This document shows positions 13,170-25,326 of a stretch of 64,000 nucleotides of DNA, one piece after another; within the stretch, counting starts at the first letter, position 1; every line of letters starts with the position of its first letter. Made by a program: the position numbers and the translations under genes. The DNA comes from Octopus sinensis (lineage: Eukaryota): assembly GCF_006345805.1 (NCBI RefSeq), contig NC_043002.1, positions 60,574,001 to 60,638,000 of the forward strand, read 5' to 3'. The notes under the pieces are model-generated. The model ran no database searches. It saw only the letters and a program-made list of their open reading frames with translations, and was not told the origin of the DNA.

Positions 13170-13610
13170 ATACGAAAATTATGTTTGTTTTAAAACTTGA
13201 GATTTCACTCCTGGTTGAATTCTATTGTAAATAGTATGTTGGTGTTGATGCTGTTTAGGATTATTTTGAATTCCAGGAGTTTGTTTATGTTTTCATTCCA
13301 TATTATGAAGCAGACTTCTAAAAATCTATTAGTAATTTTCTTTATGTATTGGGTGAGAGGGTCTCCAATTATTTTTTTGAGAATCCCATTTTAATATTTG
13401 CAATGGTAGGCGCTGCTTTCCTACACATACCAATTCCAGTTTTTTTAACGGTAGAAAGTGGTATCAAACATGAAGTGATTATTAGGGAGGATAAATTTTA
13501 TGGATTCAATGATAAATTATTTGTTGATTCGTTCCGGTATTTCTTCTGGATATTGTTCCATCCAGAATCGAATTGCTTCTATCCCATAATTATTAATTGA
13601 TTGTTGCTGT
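13170..13610 (-). mobile_element. Penelope-like reverse transcriptase fragment (pseudogene)
   Basis: YGIEAIRFWMEQYPEEIPERINK*FIIESIKFILPNNHFMFDTTFYR*..GIGM..AAPTIANIKMG...RFLEVCFIIWN..LLEFKIILNSINTNILFTIE: PLE RT motifs (Q..G.AMG...AP; RY.DD.F degenerate). Confidence 0.85.
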
Positions 13611-13912
13611 GTTCTAGTGCAGGTTGGTTATTTCCTAGATGAATCACGGTAGGCTAGAGAAGGGAGCGATGTCCTCCATTGCGAATGGTATACGGACACA
13701 AGCTGTGTGTCGATAGCCAGCTGGAAAAGATGTTTTTCTGGGTCTATAAGAACAGTAACATCGTCCTTTATAGGACTGCCACATTTTGTTGCCATATAAA
13801 CATTACTATTTGGTACTGTTACTGTATTCTCACTCAGAGATTTGATTTAAAACAAATTGATTTTCTCTCTCTGTCTTTGTCTGTCTGTCTCTCTCTATAT
13901 AATATGTATATG

Positions 13913-13946
<34 letters not shown>

Positions 13947-14031
13947 TACATACACATATATATATATATATAATATTAATATATATATACATATATATAT
14001 ATATAAACATATATATGTATATATATATATA

Positions 14032-14079
<48 letters not shown>

Positions 14080-14109
14080 TATATATATGCATATATATAT
14101 AAACATATA

Positions 14110-14165
<56 letters not shown>

Positions 14166-14207
14166 TATGTATATGCATATATGTATACATACATTTATAA
14201 CATATTG

Positions 14208-14401
14208 AATTAGAGATAAAACCACTATTAGGCAAATCAAACAGTGAAAATCATAAACCAATACATAGAAATAAAATTAATTAATAAAAAATATAAAATA
14301 TAAAATTTAAAATTAAAATACTCTTTATCTTATATTAAACTTTTAATACTTTTTGATAGTTATATTTTAAAAAAATAAATATATAAATAAATAAAAAATA
14401 A

Positions 14402-14433
<32 letters not shown>

Positions 14434-14658
14434 TATATATATATATATTATATATATTATATAATATATATATATATATATATAAAATTTATAACTTTAA
14501 ATTATTAATTTAAATAATTTTTTTAATTTTAACTTTAATTTAAATATTTTAATTTGAATTTTATATTTTATATATTTTTTATTAATTAATTTTATTTCTA
14601 TGTATTGGTTTATGATTTTCACTGTTTGATTTGCCTAATAGTGGTTTTATCTCTAATT
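14208..14658. repeat. Inverted repeat of a Penelope-type end (~110-bp arms 14208-14320 and 14545-14658)
   Basis: aattagagataaaaccactattaggc... and its reverse complement; same gaga(c/t)aaaaccacta family as 26640 and 49801/51678. Confidence 0.85.
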
Positions 14659-14783
14659 TGATATATTATATAATATAATATATATATATTTATACTAAAA
14701 ATCAGATTTAATCCAAATCTAATTTTTCCCTGCAAGTTTGGATTTAGTCCCTAATATTATTATTAATACATTCATATATATAT

Positions 14784-14837
<54 letters not shown>

Positions 14838-15924
14838 TATATATACACACATATGTACATATGCGCACATATATAATAACCGGATATAAATCTAACGAAT
14901 CCTGTTATGTCTCTTCGAGGATACTTTGTTGTCCTTTTATTCTTTGTTCAGTTGTTTGTTTTTCCAAATTTATGTTTTCATGGCCTGTTTCATGTAACTC
15001 CACTTCACGTTCGCTTATCCATTTCTTGTTTCCATTAAATCCTTTCAGGACATTACGCACCAAACCGTGCTTCCTGTCGAAACGGTAAAAGTGAGACAGA
15101 CATTTTTATCTGTACTTGTTGGTTAAATATAAGGTCTCCTTGAGGAATTTCTGGCACCAATAATTTTTGTAGAGATTTCTTTAGGTAGTGAATATCTAAC
15201 GATGTCCTATCATACACAGTCGTATTTCAAAGAAGAATATTGCAGGTATGAAACACTTTAAACATGGCAGAATTATTTTCATACAACGGGTAGAAGCTAG
15301 ACCTAACCACATACATTTCAATAAAAAATTCATCTTTCCTGTCTTGATAAGAAAGTCTAAATCATATGACTGAAACTCTTCATTATGCAGTGCTAAAAAT
15401 AACTTGCGACTATTATGGTCGAATTCTGTTTAAGTTTTCTAAGTAAAACGCACAATTATTTAGTTTATTATTATTATTATCATCAATTTATCATCATAAT
15501 CATCCTGTTATTAAAATGAACATCTACAGTAGCAGCCAGGGCAGAAGCAGGAGCAGTAGTTAGAAACAAAATGTAGTAACAGGAGTGAAAAGGGTTTGTG
15601 TGTTAATAAACAATGGATTGATAAAATGGAAGATTGCGGAAAATTTTTGATGATGATGATAAGAAAGAGAGCGAAAGAGAGAAAGCGAAATAGAGACATA
15701 TAGAGAGAAAGAGAGATAGATATATAGATATATAGAGATAGAGAGAGAGAGAGAGAGAGATAAGGAGAGAGAGAGATGCGATGCTAGAGAACGGATGGAT
15801 GTGATGGAAGGGTTTAATTCTATTGTTTATAATATCGATTTCAAAATTTCTATAGAAACAGATCAGCAATGAAATGTTGATGGTGAAAAATAATCAATGG
15901 CGTTTTTCCGTACTACTACTACAT

Positions 15925-15925
15925 C

Positions 15926-15961
<36 letters not shown>

Positions 15962-15962
15962 C

Positions 15963-16000
<38 letters not shown>

Positions 16001-16028
16001 CAGTAGTAGTAGTAGTAGTAGTAGTAGT

Positions 16029-16063
<35 letters not shown>

Positions 16064-16065
16064 TG
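15925..16065. repeat. (AGT)n/(AGC)n microsatellite
   Basis: Direct repeat. Confidence 0.95.
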
Positions 16066-16094
16066 ACTCCAACAATAGTCATAATCCATTCTGC

Positions 16095-16560
16095 TAAAGG
16101 CACAAGGCCTGGAATTTAGCTGGTACTTAATTTATCGACCCCCGAAAGGACGATTTATTGGAACACAGGACATATATCGCCGAAAAAAATGCCGGAGTTC
16201 AATCACTCGGGGCCCGAACGACTTTGCAAGCCCACTGCACTAATGATTTCCAATCTTGGCCCAATGCTATCAGTTGTAGGGAGGAGTGCAAGTCGGTTGT
16301 ATGGACCCCAGTACTCAACCGTTACTTATTTCACCGCCCCGGTAAAGCGCAGGAAAATATATTGAAATACTTTTCTGTCCTATTCCCCAATGTTTTTACC
16401 TGCACACAACCTTAACAACATCCGGTTTTTATACATAACCATTAATTTTAAGGGAGAAGTGTGACTGCCGATTGTAAAAACACCGGTACTTGATTATTAC
16501 TTCATTTTATTCATTGGGTGGGATAAAAGACAAAGTTGACCTCAGCGGGATTTCATCTTC
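16095..16560 (-). mobile_element. Degenerate family-3 tRNA-derived SINE pieces
   Basis: ggcacaaggcc, ggtacttaatttatcgaccccg and aaagttgacctcagcgggattt motifs shared with 25490, 36770, 47090 and 61250. Confidence 0.6.
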
Positions 16561-16629
16561 ACATGTGTAGATCTACATGAAATTTCAGCAAGCTCTTTAT
16601 ATAAGATGTCAGGGATTCTGGAAGGTGAG

Positions 16630-18380
16630 TGCCTATGATCCTCTAAGGCAGGATCGTGTACGCATAACAACGGATGGTTTAATTACTGAGGTATCAAAAC
16701 CGCAAAACTGGAGAGCAGCAGGGCCCGAAGGAATCCAAGGCTTCTGTCTCAAGTGGATTAGGTCAATGTACAAACGAATTGCTTTGCAATTAAACAGTTA
16801 CCTACAGAGTGGTGCAGTTTCAGAATGGATTGGAAATACAATGGAGGGATATACAATAATGGTGATGAAAGATCGATCAAACGCCAATAAGTTTGGCAAT
16901 TACAGACCTATTGCTTGTTTGTCTTAACCGCGTATGGAAAATTTTAATAATGGATTGATAAAATAAATGCTTGTGGAAATTTTTTATGATGATGAAGAGA
17001 GAGAGAGAGAAAAGGAGAGAGATAGGTACGATGCTATAGAATGGATTGATCTGTAGAAAGGGTTTAATTGTATTGTCTATATTGTATTTCTAAAGTTTCT
17101 ATGGCAAAATATGTACAAAATATGTATGTTCCTGGAGAAAAACGATCTACCTCTAGTAGCACAAGACGGATGCCGAGAATGATCGAAGGGCAACAAAGAC
17201 CACCTTATGACTGACAAGATGTTAGTAAAAACCTGCAAACGGTACCAAAAAGGCTCGTGCGCGGTCTGGACAGGCTTTCAAAAAGGCCTACGACCTGTTG
17301 CCGCATTCATGGATTTTGGTAACAGTCGACATGTGTGTAGTAGCTGAGAAGGTGTACGCATTGATTAAGAACAGCACGCCTAGTTGAAAAACGCGCCTTT
17401 TCTGTAACAACTAGTACTTAGCCAAGGTAACGATCAAAAGAGGTAACTTCCAGGGAGATTATTGTTCACCTGTGTTTTTTTGTTATAGCCTTCATGCCAC
17501 CTTCTGTATCTCTACGCAAAGTTAACCCGGGCTACGGGCTGAGGAAGATTGGGTTTAATCTCAAACACTTTCTTTTCATGGATGATTTTAAAATATTCGC
17601 AAAAAGCAGTCTGAAATAGAAAGGCGATCTGGTACTGTACAGATGTACAACAAAGATATATGGATAGCAATAGAGATTCTCAAAGCGTGCGTTGCTCACT
17701 TTGAAATGAGGGATAAGAGCAAACTGTCAAACCGTAAGCGAATGAACAACCCGGATAATGGTGGATACAATTTCCTAGAGATCCTGGTGTTGAACAAGAT
17801 CTTGCACAGAGAAATGAAAGACAAGGTCACCACTGCATATTTGAGGTGCCTAAAAATTCTCTTGTTTTGAAATCAAAATTCAATGCAAAGAACCTTGTGT
17901 CTGCTCTCAACATATGGACTGTTGGTTGTAGTCCTCTATAGGGCACCCATTACGAAATGGACAGGAGCGGAGATTGACCAGTTCGAGCGCATTCCTCGAA
18001 AGATGATGGTTATACATTCTGCCCCCCCACCCCAAGGTGAACGTACACAGGTTGTAACAGTATTTGGTAAACAGGGAACAAGACCTGCTACAGTATGCTG
18101 TTAATGCAGAATTATTTAGTAACAATGGAGTTGAGAGTGCTAATGAATTCTGATTACGAATAAACAACGAGGGAGTAGGAATACTATTCTGCATGGGATT
18201 GCATGGTCAGTTCTGCCACGTGACTAGCAACATAAAAGACCAGGAAGCATGATGGAAGTAGCTCAGCAAATGTGACGCGAAACAAGATGTCCGAATTCCT
18301 GAACATCGCTGCTCAGAGCCAGGCACTGAACACCAGCTAAGGGAAAAGGGATATGTACCACAAAACGGACCCCTTAAGAT
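16630..18380 (+). mobile_element. R4/Dong-clade non-LTR retrotransposon RT region, degraded
   Basis: WRAAGPEGIQGF..NYRPIACL; GFQKAYDLLPHSWI; IKRGNFQGD; HFLFMDDFKIFAK; LHGQF; many stops and frameshifts; interrupted at ~16940-17125. Confidence 0.9.
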
Positions 18381-19589
18381 ATAGATACTACTCATTTTTA
18401 CTAGTTGCATGAACTAGAGCAAAATCAGATAAATTATTGAACTCTCGACCTTACGATCGCGAACCGAATACCTTAGGCACGAAACAATCCGCCGTCACAT
18501 AATACATGCATACATATGTATGTAAATACATACATATAGATTATAATTTTACGTACAGTTTGATGTATGACTGCTACTCATGAGTGTCGAATTCCACGTT
18601 CAAAAGTAGCATTTTACATTGTGCGGCCCCTGATCAGCGTAATGTTGTAATAATGTACTCGCGTGTTGATCAGTTGTGGTTCAGCATGCAACTGAACGTG
18701 TAACATCAACCGTTCTCGTTTACCAACTGGACGATTCCTCCTGACTGGCTTTGAGGTATTTAGTACTTTTTAGCCCTCGTCGTCTTACAGAGATTTTCCC
18801 ATTACGAAACCCCGCAGTTTAAAGGTCCATAGACAAAACACATACATTAAAATGCATGAATTCGGTAATATTTGTACTCTTAGAGTTGCTCCTAATTCAA
18901 TATGCATGCTGAAATACAACACAGAACCATACGTTTAAGATATAAGAAATTCACAATCAATCATAACAAATGTATATTTCCATCGTCACCTACCAAGCGG
19001 ATAACATTATAGTTTCAACACCTAATCAGTACAATTCCTATACAAGGTTGGCGAAAAGTAAATTGATAGTAAATCAAAACCATTTAATACCTAAATTAAA
19101 ACAAATAATTATTTTATAAGAGACTTCGCTAATAAATAAACAAATGTTGAAGAGAAAAGAAAACTGTGATTTTAACACACACCATTCAATTTTTAAACAT
19201 TCATAATTTGAGTGAATAAATAAAATTGAATACTAAGTATTTATGAAATTTTGTTTTACTCTCGAGTGAATTGTGCCCAGGCCTGTATAAAGATACCATG
19301 GGAAGGAAATTTCAGATCGGTAAAGTTCAATCTCTTTTCAGTGAAGTATCTTTTACTAAATTCGAAGCTAGTACTTGAATGTCACTTATATGTTTGGTAA
19401 CACCTGCTTGAAAAGATAATACTAAAATTAAGATTTTATTTCAATAAGTGAAATATGTAACCTGACACAAATTTCTTATTGCAACACCGTTCAACTAAAT
19501 TTGCGAATGCAGTTCTATATTTAAGAGATGAGGGAATATGTACATTATTTACATTTGGCGGATATTTGTCCTCATCTTGGTTGTTGTAC

Positions 19590-19632
19590 ACACAACGTTT
19601 CGGCTGATATGCCTCGAGCCTTCATCAAGTGT
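19590..19632 (-). ncRNA. Minimal type I hammerhead motif, core C3 mutated (UUGAUGA)
   Basis: Minus: acac TTGATGA a ggct-cgaggcatatc-agcc GAAA cgtt gtgt; helix I acac/gtgt, helix II ggct/agcc, palindromic ACGU helix III. Confidence 0.65.
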
Positions 19633-19716
19633 CTTGGGGAAATTTCAAACCTGGGTATTTTTCGATATATTATTATTATTGCTATTATTATTGTTGTTGT
19701 TGTATGTATATATGCA

Positions 19717-19762
<46 letters not shown>

Positions 19763-20049
19763 ATATACTTATATATATGATGTCCAATTGGGTTGAAAAC
19801 TTGTAGATCAAATGAGCAAGTGTTGGACGTCAACTAGAAAGTGAGCTGCTATTGCGAGGCAACCTTATTGTCCTCCATACTCGTTGTTGCACCTTTGTAC
19901 ACACCCCTTGGTACATGGCTAGGACTCCTAGAAAACCAACCATGTGGTGGACGTTTCCTACTACCTTACAAGCCGTCCAAGGCGTTTTGTTTCGAAGAAG
20001 TCTGAACAGATAAGTCAACGTTGATACGACCGATAACCGATGTATACAG

Positions 20050-20107
<58 letters not shown>

Positions 20108-20205
20108 GTTAATCAAAACATGAACAAAGAGAAAGCACAACAACGCGAGGACGTGGAACAAGTATAGTGTTGTTGGACACTCAGGAAAGGAAAGAAAAAT
20201 GGAAT

Positions 20206-20236
20206 ATTTAACGTTTTCGAGCTCTTCGTCAGAAAT
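20206..20236 (-). ncRNA. Degenerate minimal hammerhead motif
   Basis: Minus: attt CTGACGA a gagctc GAAA acgtt aaat; helix I attt/aaat; helix II loop missing and one extra A. Confidence 0.5.
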
Positions 20237-20319
20237 GTAGAAAAACAGGAAAAGTCTAAGGAAGGGAAGATGGAGAAAGAACATCGCCAACGATACACAA
20301 GCGATCACATATATATATA

Positions 20320-20396
<77 letters not shown>

Positions 20397-20984
20397 CGTG
20401 TGTGTGCATGTGTCCGTCTGTGTATACATGTGCCTATCTGTCTGCGACAAGATCTACCCAGTTTATTCACCCACTCTTCATTCTTTGACCCGGGGCTATA
20501 TTAGAAACCACTTGACCGAAATTCTCAAGTACCATATATCCATGCCTGACATTTAAACCAACACCAGAAATTTCAAGTTATTTCCGATTTATTTAATTCT
20601 GAAGTTGAATAATGAAAACAGACAAATGTGATTGTTGCAACTAGAAAATTAGCGACTGAAACTAAATACTACTTCTTATCAACCATACTCTTATACAGGA
20701 TTGCAGTCTGGCTTTATCTACAGAGTACTGGACAAAATATCTTGCAGTAATAATTCCACCTCCTTAAATTTGAAAATTTAATCTCTTTGATGTCGATATC
20801 TTAATTCCAATTTCATTCATCTGGATTCCACACAACTCCTACCAGCAAAGTCTCTGAAACGTAGTCTCTTAAAATATGCAATCCGATGTTCAAGTTGGAT
20901 ATCACTAGTACTCTTTACATTTATTGCTAGGAATGTGTTCAAGTTAAACAAAATCTATTCTATAACATTTACAAGGACTAATCA

Positions 20985-21170
20985 AAAAGCATCGAGACTT
21001 TTGCTATGATAACGGCACCAGAGTCCGCAGTGTTTAGCCGCTTGGCGCAGATGGACCTTGAACTCTGCTGCATAGGCACACTACATTATAACGTTTTCAT
21101 TCACTGCAGTCATTTACAGCAGTGTCGCTTCGGAAGAAGACTATACGTCGAAGGAAGTTAAATGCCGAAT
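20985..21170 (+). mobile_element. Mariner 5'-end fragment related to the 4495-5020 element
   Basis: gccgcttggcgcagatggaccttgaactctgctg matches the reverse complement of 4915-4960. Confidence 0.6.
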
Positions 21171-21619
21171 TGATACGTTGTATTTACATCACCAATAGTT
21201 AATACTTTCTCATCTGACGGCGTATATTTATGTTTCATTTACATAACATAAAGAGACAACCCCTTCCAAACGGTTGTCTAATTGTCGCTGAGTGCTATTT
21301 TCACATTTGATTCGCAATTTGTGTAATTTCTCGGGTACGTTTAATGTCCTGTATTTTTCTTTATTCACCCATTTGTATTCACTCACTAGAGTTATAGCAA
21401 GTACTCAAAACAGCCTTAGAATTTCGGAAGAAGCCCCAAACCATTAAGATTTCGCGTCATTGTCGATAAGGTTGATCGCATCGGTGCGGCAATGAACATG
21501 AATTGTAAAGGAGTAGATAAATAAAACAAGAAACCTTATTAATTCCCCTCTGATTATGGCCGCACTACAATATTTTATGGGTTTACTCGTTGCCAATAAC
21601 ATAGCTGTGCTCTCGGAAA

Positions 21620-21649
21620 ACAACAAGTAGTAGTGTTAGTAGTAGTAGT

Positions 21650-21682
<33 letters not shown>

Positions 21683-22065
21683 CAGCAGTAGCAGGAGTAG
21701 TAGTCGTAATAGTGGTAGTAGTTTTGGTGGCGGTATAGTAGGAGTAGTCGTGGTGGTGGTGGTGGTGGAGATAGCATTACTAGTAGTGGTGGTAGTGATG
21801 GAGGTAGTAGTAGGAGTGGCGGTATAGTAGTAGTAGCAGTAGTAGTAGTAGTAGTAGTGCTCGTGGTGGTGGAGGTAGCATTAGTACAAGTGGTGGTGGT
21901 GATAGATGTAGAAGAAGCAGTAGTTGTTGTAGTAGCAGCCGCAGCAGCATTAGTAGTAGTAGTTGCAGCAGCAGTAGTAGTAGTAATAATAGTAGCAGAA
22001 GCAGTTGTAGTTGTAATTGTAGTAGTGTTGGTGGTAGTAATAATTGTAGTTGTAGTAGTTCAATT
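21620..22065. repeat. Compound (AGT)/(GGT)/(AGC) array
   Basis: Direct repeat. Confidence 0.9.
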
Positions 22066-22155
22066 GCAAATTTCTAATCTTTACAGGTGTGTGCGTGTCT
22101 GTGTGTGTTGGGTGTGTGACTGATTGTGTGTATGTATGTGTGTATGTGTGTGTGC

Positions 22156-22188
<33 letters not shown>

Positions 22189-22189
<1 letters not shown>

Positions 22190-22562
22190 AAGCGATCTTG
22201 CTACAGAGAAATGGCTCAAATCTAATGCTGTTGCTGGTGTTGTTGGAGAAAACACAGTTATTTCATTTCGTGAGGCGAACGTTATTGCTGCTGCATCTGC
22301 TGCTGTTCACCGCTACTGCTGCCCCTGCTGCTGGTGCAGTTATTGTAGCTGCTGTCGTTGCCGGTGCTGCTGTTAGCATCATTACCAACCGCAGTGCTAA
22401 TAACAATCACTTATGTGGTAAACATTATATTGTCTACAACACCCTGGGAATAATGTTTATCGGAAATAATAACATGCTATGCAAATACAACTCGCTTGGA
22501 GTAGGAGCGTATAAATTATTATCAATGCCGGTGTAAATACATAGAGGCATGTGTATATATAT

Positions 22563-22596
<34 letters not shown>

Positions 22597-22618
22597 CATA
22601 CACACATATATATTTCTG

Positions 22619-22706
<88 letters not shown>

Positions 22707-22762
22707 TATATGTATGTATGTACGTATGTATACATATATATATATATATATGTGTGTGTGTG

Positions 22763-22796
<34 letters not shown>

Positions 22797-23152
22797 GCGA
22801 TCTTGCTACAGAGAAATGGCTCAAATCTAATGCTGTTGCTGGTGTTGTTGGAGAAAACACAGTTATTTCATTTCGTGAGGCGAACGTTATTGCTGCTGCA
22901 TCTGCTGCTGTTCACCGCTACTGCTGCCCCTGCTGCTGGTGCAGTTATTGTAGCTGCTGTCGTTGCCGGTGCTGCTGTTAGCATCATTACCAACCGCAGT
23001 GCTAATAACAATCACTTATGTGGTAAACATTATATTGTCTACAACACCCTGGGAATAATGTTTATCGAAATAATAACATGCTATGCAAATACAACTCGCT
23101 TGGAGTAGGAGCGTATAAATTATTATCAATGCCGGTGTAAATACATAGAGGC

Positions 23153-23196
<44 letters not shown>

Positions 23197-23226
23197 TATA
23201 TATACATACACACATATATATTTCTG

Positions 23227-23316
<90 letters not shown>

Positions 23317-23350
23317 ATATATATATATGTATGTATGTACGTATGTATAC

Positions 23351-23395
<45 letters not shown>
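22189..23395. repeat. Near-identical tandem duplication, period 605 bp
   Basis: Unique part identical by eye except a 1-bp indel (tatcggaaat vs tatcgaaat); units bounded by (GT)n. Confidence 0.95.
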
Positions 23396-23396
<1 letters not shown>

Positions 23397-23861
23397 CTGT
23401 GTATCTGTGTATGTATGTATGTATATCTATTCATAGATATGCATATAAACATGCTTACAATACTTGCATGTGTGTGTAGATATATGAGTGTAAGTGTGCG
23501 ATGTGTGTGCGTGTCTAATTACATATATATATACACGCATCTGCATATATGTGTATATAAACGTATAGACTTACATGATTGTGTGGTAGTATGTACATTC
23601 GACGTACAAGTATGCTTAACAATCTAAGTATGAAAACGTTTCACGTATATGAATGCATATTTGCATTAGCGTCAATTCATCACCGTTGAAGGTATGTAAA
23701 CGATGGTGTTCAGCATTCGCTAAAATTTAATCAATATTGAACTTTTAAATTACAGCTAATCTTATGACGGCATTAACTGAAGCCAATTATTTCAAAATCA
23801 GTTGATAGCTTTTCTCATCATTCGCTAAACGTAGCCGAAAGCTTTTCCAGCTTTTAACCAA

Positions 23862-24252
23862 TACTAGCAGTATCGCCCGGCGTTGCTCAGGTTTGTAAGG
23901 GAAATAACTATAAAGCATTTTTAGAGAGTTATAGCCAAAAAATAGCCAAAAAATGGAAAAAAAATGATGGTAATTTTTTTTTGAGAGTAATAAAAGGTTG
24001 AGTTGCGTCCCCTAGACAGTCTGTGGTTTGTTTTTTTTTATTCTCGACCCCATGTCGAATTTATCGATTTTTTTCAGAACTGGGGGAACTTTTCAAAATT
24101 TTCGCTGCGTTAGTTTTGAATTATGACATTGGGCTATGTGTGTGTCAAGTTTCATCAGAATCGGTTGAAAGCCGTGGTCAGGGTGAGGGTACGAGAAAAC
24201 AGACACACAGAAACACGCACAGACAAACTGCCGTTTATATAGAGAGAGATAT
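23862..24252 (+). mobile_element. Non-autonomous Helitron/Helentron-associated element (DINE-1/HINE-like)
   Basis: Starts atactagcagtatcgcccggcgttgctc; contains caagtttcatcagaatcggttg; ends acagacaaactgccgtttatatagagagagat, the typical HINE layout. Confidence 0.75.
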
Positions 24253-25326
24253 ATACAACATTATTATTATCATCGTGTTAGCTTAAAATGGCTGCATTTG
24301 AACGGATCGCAACTGAAAACTTGTCTTCCGCAATATCACGAGACATATGTATTCGGTTGTTAGAGAAATTCATTCGGTCTATTATTCGTCAGTTATTCTT
24401 CAACCCTTTTCGTCATTGAATGACAGTACCGGGCAACGAATCCATGAAGAAATTATCTCATATGCTGGGCCATATTTTCGTGGGAGACTTCCTTCACTCG
24501 ACCCTCATTCAACTGGAAACGGCAGCTGGGAAGTAGAGAGTCAGTGAGATTGAATTCCCCTTTCTTCAAGCGTGTAAATACTTTCCATAGACAAATGTAG
24601 GCATTGGAAAATTTAAAAAAAAAAAAATTTTGAAAGATTAAAAAAAAAACAAAGCAGGCGTCGATATGTTTACAATTTTCCTTCTTGATACTCCATCGTC
24701 AAAAGTCTGAAAAGAAATAAAACTTATTCATATTTCAAGAATAATGAACAAACGAAGAATAGCGATAAAGAATCCATAAAACACACATAAATTTTAATTC
24801 GTGTTAATTCAAACTGCGTTGAAGAGAGATGAACGAATTTATTTGAAAATTCAATATTTATATTGACATTGGCGTTTATAGAATTAGAACTAAACTGGCA
24901 AATCGTAGTATTACCTTGCTATAAGTTAGATGTACCTCTTAATGTCTCCTGATCTATAACCTCTGGGGGAATTTTGCATTTTATACATCCACAGTTGATT
25001 GAAATAATTATTCAGTTTAACGCCACAGACACTTGTTCATTCTCCTTTACCAGAACGCCGTCATTTGCTGGCATTTGAACTAGGTACACGGTCTGAAGGC
25101 AAGTCAATAACGCATTGAAAATGTGTCTAGATGTAGGGCCCAGCTTTGTCTCAAAGTGTGTAAGCCAGGCCCCACCCTCACTTGGAAGCGTGTCACGGTT
25201 AAATATGCTTCCCTAATTATTACGAGTATAATATACAGTTGTTTGTTATATAGGTAAATTAGTGTTTTAATAACGAGATCAATGTACGGTGGAGAATCAC
25301 AGAAAATGTAGACAGGTGGACATATA

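Noticed and set aside
15042-15091. Possible hammerhead relic: cttt..cagga-loop-tcctgtc GAAA cg gta aaag
   Set aside because: It has GAAA, a GUA site and plausible helices but no CUGANGA core, so it cannot be called from sequence alone.
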